In this document: positions 55,761 to 64,000 of the stretch, in pieces | Layout of the letters: each line of letters opens with the position of its first letter | Position numbering within the stretch: position 1 is the first letter of the stretch | Assembly: GCA_964016885.1 (NCBI GenBank) | Contig: OZ024742.1 | Coordinates: 297,538,001 to 297,602,000 of the forward strand | DNA length: 64,000 nt | Source: Eledone cirrhosa | Taxonomy: Eukaryota | Reading direction: 5' to 3' | The notes under the pieces: model-generated | The model's database searches: none | Seen by the model: the letters and a program-made list of their open reading frames with translations, nothing else | Told to the model about the DNA's origin: nothing | Translations under genes and position numbers: made by a program

Positions 55761-55806
55761 TCTAAACTATAATAAAGCAAGGGCTGCGGGACTGCATACG
55801 GTTTAT
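55761..55806 (+). mobile_element. Helitron 5' terminus
   Basis: A|TCTAAACTATAATAAAG..GCGGGACTGC; homologous to 57159-57203(-). Confidence 0.7.
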
Positions 55807-55849
55807 TTCTTTTAATCCAGTTAGTAAAATAAGTTGATTACTTTGAATA

Positions 55850-56035
55850 AATAATTGTTTCTACTTTTGGCACAAGGCCAGCAATTACCCAGTACATTAC
55901 TGGCACTTTATTTTATCGACCCTGTAAGGATGAAAGGCAAAGTTAACCTCGGCAGGATTTGAATTCAGACCGTAAAGAGACATAACTATGCTGGAAAGCA
56001 TGGCGTCCGACTCTCTACCAATACTGCCAATCCAT
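55850..56035 (-). mobile_element. SINE family A
   Basis: Close match to 6553-6738. Confidence 0.9.
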
Positions 56036-56429
56036 ATTACATAATTTATGTGCTAAATTTCGTAAACAAATAATTTTGTAAAAATAAATAATCTAAAATT
56101 GACTTCCTTTCAAAGTTGCACTTCTGGTATATCGTCACCACAACCACCACTTCAACTACCATACATATAGAAAGAGAGAGTGTGTGATGAGAGAGATAGA
56201 GAGATTATGATTTTCTATACACTGATGCGTATGAGTGTGCACATACATACATCTATATGTATGAGTATATAACTATAATGGCGCAAACACAAACTTATGA
56301 AAATATACACTAACGGACATAATTCACACATATACATTTACACAAACACACACATACAGTCATGATAGCGTTCGGTTTAATTGGAAATGGGAGGGTAAAA
56401 CAAGTATAACGAACGTTTTATTTTATTTA

Positions 56430-56691
56430 TCGGCCTGATACGCGCCTGATCAGCGCCTATGGTGGTGACTAAGGAAGTAGCCCTGGGGCTGAGGACACCA
56501 GAAGTCTCCACTGCCAGGGGTACGACCGCAAACCTGTCGGAGAGCGACCAGTATTTGAGGACTTTGGCCTCCTCAGCTCGACGTGCATCAGAACCTGGGT
56601 CAGTCACAGACTGCACGAGGTTGCGGATGCAGAAAGTGTCGGTGCAAGTGGCATCCTAGACGAGGGGTTTGCCACCGCGGAACGGGAAGAT
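56430..56691 (-). mobile_element. CRE-clade-like restriction-like endonuclease fragment
   Basis: FPFRGGKPLV*DATCTDT..ARRAEEAKVLKY..FAVVPLAVETSGVLS; GC-rich island with one stop at the expected Trp. Confidence 0.78.
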
Positions 56692-56747
56692 ATTTATTAA
56701 CTCTTTATTTATTTATAAACTCTTTTTTTTAAATTCATTTAATATAA

Positions 56748-57203
56748 CTAGCAGAAAAACGACCCTTCGGGAGGTTTTCTGCTAGCATGTGTAGTGTTTA
56801 TATTGATATTATACCGAAGTATATATGCATGTAGATATAATACATCAAATAAAACCTTAATTGACAATATACACTGTCTTATGTAATCAGTAACGTAATC
56901 CATGATAGATTAAAAAAAGACGATATTATATATAAACTGCATTAGGAGAAAATTAGTGACAGAAATATATGAATATTTATTTAAACGATCGCTAACCGGA
57001 AGTGTTGACATTTGAAAATGTTAAAGAAGTGAATCTTTAAATAAGAAATAAAATATATTTAATGAACAGTCACGAAATTTAGTAGATAAATTATGTAAAA
57101 TTCATTCATTATTTATTCAAAGCAATCCAACTTATTTTACTAAGGGGATAACAAATTATAAACCGTACGCAGTCCCGCGCTTCTTACTTTATTATAGTTT
57201 AGA
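56748..57203 (-). mobile_element. Complete non-autonomous Helitron (~456 bp)
   Basis: Minus: A|TCTAAACT... 5' end; 3' end CCCGAAGGG hairpin then TTTTTCTGCTAG|T; inserted between A and T without TSD. Confidence 0.78.
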
Positions 57204-57282
57204 TTAAGCACTGTTGTACACCCATTGATTAGATATATATAAATGTAATAGCATAAAAATTATGTCTGATGCAGACACAGAC

Positions 57283-57314
<32 letters not shown>

Positions 57315-57490
57315 ACACACATACATACCACACCACACACAAATCGTCTTCCGAAGTAGTGAAGCTATTATTAATCCTCCCCGGGTGAAGTAACTTGCAA
57401 ATTCTTCGTAATTCATGAAATGCAATAATACATCTAACGGACACACACACACACAAATATATTTATTCAATACATAGACATATATATATA

Positions 57491-58643
57491 GGCGAAGTCT
57501 GGTCCGTACTGAGCATGCGCGAAGGCTGGTCCGTACTGCGCATCCGAGAAGGAGTGTCCGTACTGTGCATGCGCGAAGGCTGGTTCGTACTGCGCGTGCG
57601 CGATGAATGGGCTGTACTGCACTTGCGCGAAGCCTGGTCTTAAGTGCGCATGCACGAAGACTGATCCAAAGTGCGCATGCGCGAAGATGGTCCGAAGTGC
57701 GCATGCGCGAAGGCTGGTTGTTACTGAGCATGGCGAAGGCTAGTCCGAAGAGCGCATGTGGGACGGCTGGTCCGAAGTGCGCATGCGCGTAGGCTGGTCC
57801 GAAGCAAAGGGTGGTCGGTACTGCGCATGCGCGAAGGCAAGTCCAAGGTGCGAGTGGCGAAGGCTGGTTCGAAGTGCGAATGGCGAAGGCTGGTCCGAAG
57901 TGTTCATGAGCGAAGTCTGGTTCGTACTGCGCATGCGCGAAGACTGGTCCATACAGCGCATGTGCGAAGGCTGGTCCTTACCGAGATTGCACGATGTTGG
58001 TCCGTACTGCGCATGCGCGACGGCTGGTCCGAATTGCGCATGGGCGAAAGCTGGTCCTAAGTGTGCATGCACGAAGGCTGGTCCGCAGTGCGCATGCGCG
58101 AAGGCTGGTCCATAGTGCGAAGGCTGGTTCGTACTGCGCATGCGCGAATTCTGGTCCGAAGTGCGAATACGCGAAGGCTGGTCTAAAGTGCACATACACG
58201 AAGGCTGGACCGTAGTGCGCATACACGAAGGCTGTTTCTTACTGCGCATGCGGGAAGACTAGTCCAAAGTGCGCATGCACGAAGATTGGCCCGTAATGCG
58301 CATGTGCGAAGGCTGGTCCGTACTGCCCATGCATGAAGGCTGGTCCGTACTGAGCATGCGCGGTGGCTGGTCCGACGTGTGCATGCGCGAAGTCTGGCCG
58401 ACGTGTGCATGCCTGAAGTTTGGTCCGAAGTGCGCATGCGCGAAAGCTGGTCTGAAGTGCGCATGCGCGAAGGCTGGTTCTTACTGTGCATGCGCGAAGG
58501 GTGGCCTGAAGTGCGCATGTTTGAAGACTTGTCCGTACTGCGCATGCACGAAGACTGGTCTGTACTGCGCTTGCGCGATGTTGGTGCATACTGCGCATGC
58601 GCAAAGGCTGTTCCGAAGTGCTCATGCGCGAAGGTTGGTCCGA
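57491..58643. repeat. 27-bp GC/CpG-rich tandem satellite, ~40 units
   Basis: Unit G(TAC/AAG)TGCGCATGCGCGAAGGCTGGTCC; bracketed by a ~90-bp direct repeat at 57357-57445 and 58647-58736. Confidence 0.97.
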
Positions 58644-58755
58644 GATTAGTGAAGCTATTATTAATCCTCCCCAGATGAAGTAACTTACAAATTCTTCGTA
58701 ATTCTTGAAATGCAATTATACATCTAACGGACACACTCTCTAGAATAGATATATT

Positions 58756-58876
<121 letters not shown>

Positions 58877-59809
58877 GATAGACAGCTATGTTGGCAGGTA
58901 GATAGATAGATTGATAGATTGATACGTAGATATATAGGCACGTAGATAGAAAGATAGACGATAGTGTGGTTATCTGTATATGTGGCTGTGTGTATGTATG
59001 TGAAGATTTGGAAATAAGGAAAGTATAATTTACTACAGTACCAATGATTCAATCCACAGGTGTATATTCTTTTTACCATTGCATAAGTACATAGACTCAC
59101 TCACACACGTATATATATATATGTATGTATGTGTGGTGTGTTTATGTGTGTATCTCTGTGTGCATAGGTGTTTATGTGTATATATATGTATATGTGTGTG
59201 TGTATATGTTTGCTTATGTGTGTGTGTGCATATGTGTGTTACTGTATCTGTGTATGTGTGCATATGTGTGTGTGTGTGTCTCCTGATTGTAATGTTGAGA
59301 GTTTGAATCCCATCAGTGCGTTGTGTTCTTGAACAAAACCTTTATTTCGCCCTTCTTCTCTCCACTGAAGTAAAAAAAAGTGTAACCTGCCAGTAAATCA
59401 AAGAACCAATGTAGTCCCACGCTGAAACCATCCGTTATACATGTCTATGGAATGCTCAGACACTCTCACCTTAATTTCAGGCAGTTCCATTTGAGAAACC
59501 TAGCTGGAAGAATCCTCGTTGCAAGCGATAGGGTACCATTATACATATGAACACATAGACACACACACATGTTTCAAAGAGAATAGAAGAGATCAGTAAA
59601 ATAAGTACTAGATTTTAAAATATATGTACTGGAATTGAGGTCAAGAAAATCCTTTAATCGTTGTACCCCACCATGGGCACTGTCTAACGTCTGAAACAAG
59701 TGCAGGTCGGAGAATTGTTCTTCCTCCTTCAATCTATGGTTCCCCTCGCTTCTACAGTGAGTGCTTTCAGTATTCGATAACTGCGGTTCGACACATGGGA
59801 AAGCCATTT

Positions 59810-60880
59810 TATTTTAACAACTAACCCTAACTTGGATGAAATAGAAAATAGTTTGCACCCTGGTGAAGAACCTAGAGACCGTCCTGATATTTGTGCACGT
59901 ATGACAGCCTCATGGATGACATACGGGAAAAAAATGTCCTAGGAAAAGTTGTGGCTCATTCTGCTACAATAGAGTAGCAGAAAACGAAGCCTCACTCATG
60001 TTCATATTCTGCTGATAATGGCTGAAGATAGCAAGCCCAAAACTGCTGATGCCATTGATCAGGTAGTGTACTGTGAGATTCCTAATAAAGAGACCAATCC
60101 AATCCTGCATAAGATCATCACATCCTGCAACATCATGGCCCATGTGGACAAGCTAATATGATGTGCCCATGTATGGAAGGGCTAGGATAACAACGCCATT
60201 GCTCAAAATGTTATCCCAAGGCATTCAGACAAACCACGTTTGTTGCCGAAAATTCCTTTCCGGAGTATAGAAGAAGGGATAGACAGCATGGTGGTCACAC
60301 CCATACAATCCAACTTAAAGGTCAAGAATTTACTGTTGATAATTGTTTGATTGTTCCATACAACCCTTTCCACTCATTGAGATATCAGTGCCACATCAAT
60401 TGTGAGGTTGTCCACAGTCTCAAGGCTGTTAAGTACATCACACAAGGATCAGACAAGATCACTTTCACTAATTAGGATGATCAAGGGAATTGTATCCCTG
60501 CCCAAAATGAGATTGAGACCTATATCAATGCACGGTACATCTCAGCCAGTGAAGCATTCTGGAGAATCTATAAATCATCAAAAACTGCCAGTTGAAAAGT
60601 TGCCTTGTCATTTACCTGGGGAACAAATGGTCGTGTATGAGCGAGGGCAGGAAGAAAGTATTGTTTCTAGGGGACAGCCAATGACTAAGTTGATGGAATA
60701 TTTTCAACTGAATATTAGAGACCCACTGGCACAAAACATATTGTATATTGATATTCCTAAATATTTCACTTGGACAAACAAAAAGTGGCAAAGAAGAAAA
60801 TGGTGATCAACAATTTATGAGTGAATCTCTTGGACGCATTCCAACAGTATCTTTCAGTAGACATCAATCTGAATTACAGT
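59810..60880 (+). mobile_element. Helitron RepHel pseudogene (HUH Rep domain)
   Basis: NPNLDEI..DRPDICAR, IE*QKRSLTHVHILL, IDQVVYCEIP, HGPCG, CSKCYPK, PEYRRR, IVPYNP..YQCHIN, AVKYI, EIETYINARYISASEAFWRI, LPCHLPG, LYIDIPKYFTW; multiple stops and frameshifts. Confidence 0.93.
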
Positions 60881-61248
60881 ATATCACCAAATGTGTAATA
60901 CCACATACTATACTAAACCAGATCCACCTATGCATTGAGTGCTCAAGTTCAGGAACTAATAGTAATGTAAGTTACAAACGGTTAAATTATATATACATAA
61001 TAATAATAATAATTATGAGAGTAAGATATAGGTTTCACCCATTTAACAGGTGTACAGTAGCTCACTGGTGCGAAAATTTAATTAATGTACATTCTTCTAG
61101 GATGAAACAATTGTTAGTAATTAAATGTTTTAAATGGTTAGTCACTTCACTACAATTGTATATATAATATATATATATATACTGCTTGGCGCCGCATTTG
61201 GGATTTTATATATTTCTTTCTCTCTCTCTGTATGTGTGTGTGTGTGTA

Positions 61249-61310
<62 letters not shown>

Positions 61311-62704
61311 GAGAGAGAGTGGCAGAATTTTTGATTATCTCAAAAGAATGTTTTAACTCCAATTCCCATCTAGTGCTATTTTTCATTGTAGAGGTTTTAC
61401 CACTCCCCAGCATTTTAATTTTATTTTAACATTACACAACTTTTATAGTTTTTAACTACATTTGACTTATAAGTCCAAATTATCTGAATAGCAAAGAAGA
61501 CATAGTCACTGTCTAAAGCGTGTAAATGAACCATTTTTATTAATTTACAGTTTCCTTCTTGTGAAATGCTAGGCGCCAATTAATTACACTGTTTCAGATC
61601 TTACATCTTCACACAAATGTACTAATACATCTGATATTTCATTTGACATGACAGCCAACAAATTGAAAACTTTCTTATTCCATGACATAAAACATTCAAT
61701 AAGAAATATTCACGATGCTTTGAAAATAACCTTATGAATATATCAATCATATTAATAAGAAAAAGATTAATACTAACTTTGCTCTCATCATCATTAAATT
61801 ATTCTTGTTTAAATTTGCTAGGCCTCTATACTACTTCCTTCAAATATATGTCTCTTTGTAGAAATATAAAATATTCTTTGCTTCTTTTAATATATATATA
61901 TAACTGTATGTGTTTGATGGCTGAGAGAAAATGAACATATATATATATACACTATGCTTAGCTCTACACCTTGCTACAGACGTGAACCTAAACATCGAGT
62001 GGTCTTGTGGGTGAACCTACAGTAACTTCACATTACACTCCCTGGATATATATATATAGAGAGAGAGAGAGTAGGATTATACAAGTTTTACACAAGTAAG
62101 ACCATTACTCAGGAGAGTAGTCGATACTTGGGATAGTAGAGTGTAAATATATTAGAGAGTTGTGGCCCAATGGTTGAGCTCTTGCCGTTTTGACAGCAAA
62201 TTCCAGACTGTGTATGTGAGTTGGCGTATTAGTGTGGCATCTGTGAGTAGGCATGCTAAAACCTCTGACCTCTCCAACGCCCCGATGGTGACTACCACAT
62301 GCACACATGCACACACAGACCCACACACACACACAATCACACACACACACACACAGGCACTCACACACACAATCACATACACACACATACACACACACAC
62401 ATGCATGCATGCACACACACACACACACACATTCACTCACAAATAACTGGAGATGACAAAGCAAAAACATACATCCTGTTTCCCTTGACAATTCTTCATT
62501 AATCGAAAACTAAACATTTTTCACCACTCCATCATTACAGTATTGTAAACCCATATACACACAATGAAACACAAATATATACACACACACACAACCGATT
62601 TCTGAAAATACAAACATATATAAACAATTGATTCTAGAACCTACAATAACAGTAAACATCTTTTTGTTGATCACTTATCCCCTTACTCCAAGTCACTCCA
62701 AATT

Positions 62705-62810
62705 AGGCTACACCCCTGATGAGACTGTTCTTTCACAGCAGGAAGATATATCTCCAGTCTGGAATTTGCTGTTGAAACTCCAAGTACTCACTTGTTTGTT
62801 CCTGACTCTC
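62705..62810 (+). ncRNA. Degenerate hammerhead (family 4)
   Basis: ACCC CTGATGA GAC(62716-) ... GTT GAAAC(62774-78). Downstream part is homologous to, but decayed from, CGAAACGGCT..AGCCGTC GGGGT. Confidence 0.5.
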
Positions 62811-62952
62811 TCATATATATATATATATAGGAAAATGTTTAAACATTTTCCTATTACCCACTCTACTACCCTAAGTATTGAGTGCGTTGTGGTCCATCTG
62901 GTTCCTTACCACACCCCCTTCGTTTTATATATATATATATATATATAAATAT

Positions 62953-63244
62953 GTTATGTATGTGAGAATGAAGTTTCAATTTAAAATATTTTATTTATTA
63001 TCGATCATGACCTGGGTTTTTGCAGTTGATTAACTCTAAATCCTAATTGATATAATTGACCTGACTCCAGTATTAATCTATTCATCAGATAAAGATTCAA
63101 ATCTACATGTTTGATGACCAGATAGATTCTTGAGTCAGGTCTATTGTATTAATTAAAACCTAAAACCAATCACCTGTGAAACATATCATATTCGATAGAG
63201 AATAAAAATAATTTAAAACAAAACTTCAGTCTCTCATACCTAAC
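62953..63244. repeat. Old inverted pair of pLTR-like arms (~135 bp), each with hammerhead remnants (family 5)
   Basis: Arms 62953-63089 and 63110-63244. Minus arm CTGATGA..AAAAAC ccag GTC; plus arm TTGATGA..GAAAC. Confidence 0.65.
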
Positions 63245-63610
63245 TTATGCACTCTGTTGACTGACTACAAACATATCATACACTGATACAATGTGAAGAG
63301 CAAAGATTCTATTGTATTCAACCTGTTTAAGTAGTAGCATTGAGTGCTCATATTGGTCCAACAAATATTATAGGCAAATAAACAGCCTATACTCACTCAC
63401 ACAAGGGGGTGCTGAAACGTCTCTGGCTTAAGGGTATCACATAAGGGTAGAGGTATTAATTTTACAGGGAAGGTAGGACCACTACAATGTGTGAATCTGA
63501 GAGGAGAATATGATGAATAAAATCCTAATTAGATGATCCTTATGTATTTTCCATTAACCAAGCCTGGAGATTTGAAGCAACCCTTCATATATATATGTAT
63601 ATATATATAT

Positions 63611-64000
63611 AACGAAGGAAATGTGATAATGAACCAGATGGACCATAACGCACCAAAGTACTCAATACTTAGGGTAGTAGAGTGGGTAATAGGAACGAGT
63701 AAGACCCCGACGACTGAGCTCAAGCTGTTTCGACGGCTAATTCTGGACTCAATTAGTCCAGAATTAGCCATCGAAATGGCTTGAGCTCAGCCGTCGGGGT
63801 CCTACTCGTTCCTATATATATATATATATATATATAACGAAGGAAATGTGGTAAGGAACCATGTGGACCATAACGCACCAAAGTACTCAATACTTGAGGT
63901 AGTAGAGTGGGTAATAGGAACCAGTAAGACCCCGACAGCTGAGCTCAAGCCGTTTCGACGGCTAATTCTGGACTAAATGAAAATTTATTCTGGTATTTAA
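63611..64000 (-). mobile_element. Family 4 pLTR-like repeats: two direct copies, the first with a 61-bp fold-back
   Basis: 63611-63749 and 63836-63974 are direct repeats; hairpin 63689-63815; contain the hammerhead 3' half GAAACGGCT-tgagctc-AGC(T/C)GTC-GGGGT. Confidence 0.85.

Noticed and set aside
57491-58643. CRISPR-like array
   Set aside because: Head-to-tail units with no unique spacers, no cas genes, eukaryotic context.
58660-58725. CAGATGA..stem..GAAA in the direct repeat flanking the satellite
   Set aside because: Core is mutated in both copies and no stem I pairing is visible.

Overview
AT-rich, repeat-dense eukaryotic DNA with no host protein-coding exon I can support; most ORFs in the track are microsatellite, satellite or antisense-TE artefacts. 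The repeat complement (two tRNA-derived SINE families, RTE LINEs with (GAT)n tails, many (TA)n/(CA)n tracts) resembles an octopus/cephalopod intron or intergenic region, which is an inference. Recognisable elements are RTE, R4/Dong and CRE non-LTR fragments, three Penelope-like element (PLE) coding remnants, a Tc1/mariner relic, piggyBac-type TTAA MITEs, Helitron ends plus a RepHel relic, a 27-bp CpG-rich satellite and a ~1.9-kb near-identical inverted duplication. The strongest hidden signal is a set of type I hammerhead ribozyme motifs from about five sequence families. Five copies have intact cores and several more are degenerate. They lie in PLE 3' ends and in small non-coding inverted or fold-back elements embedded in (TA)n. 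All folds were read by eye and none was computed.
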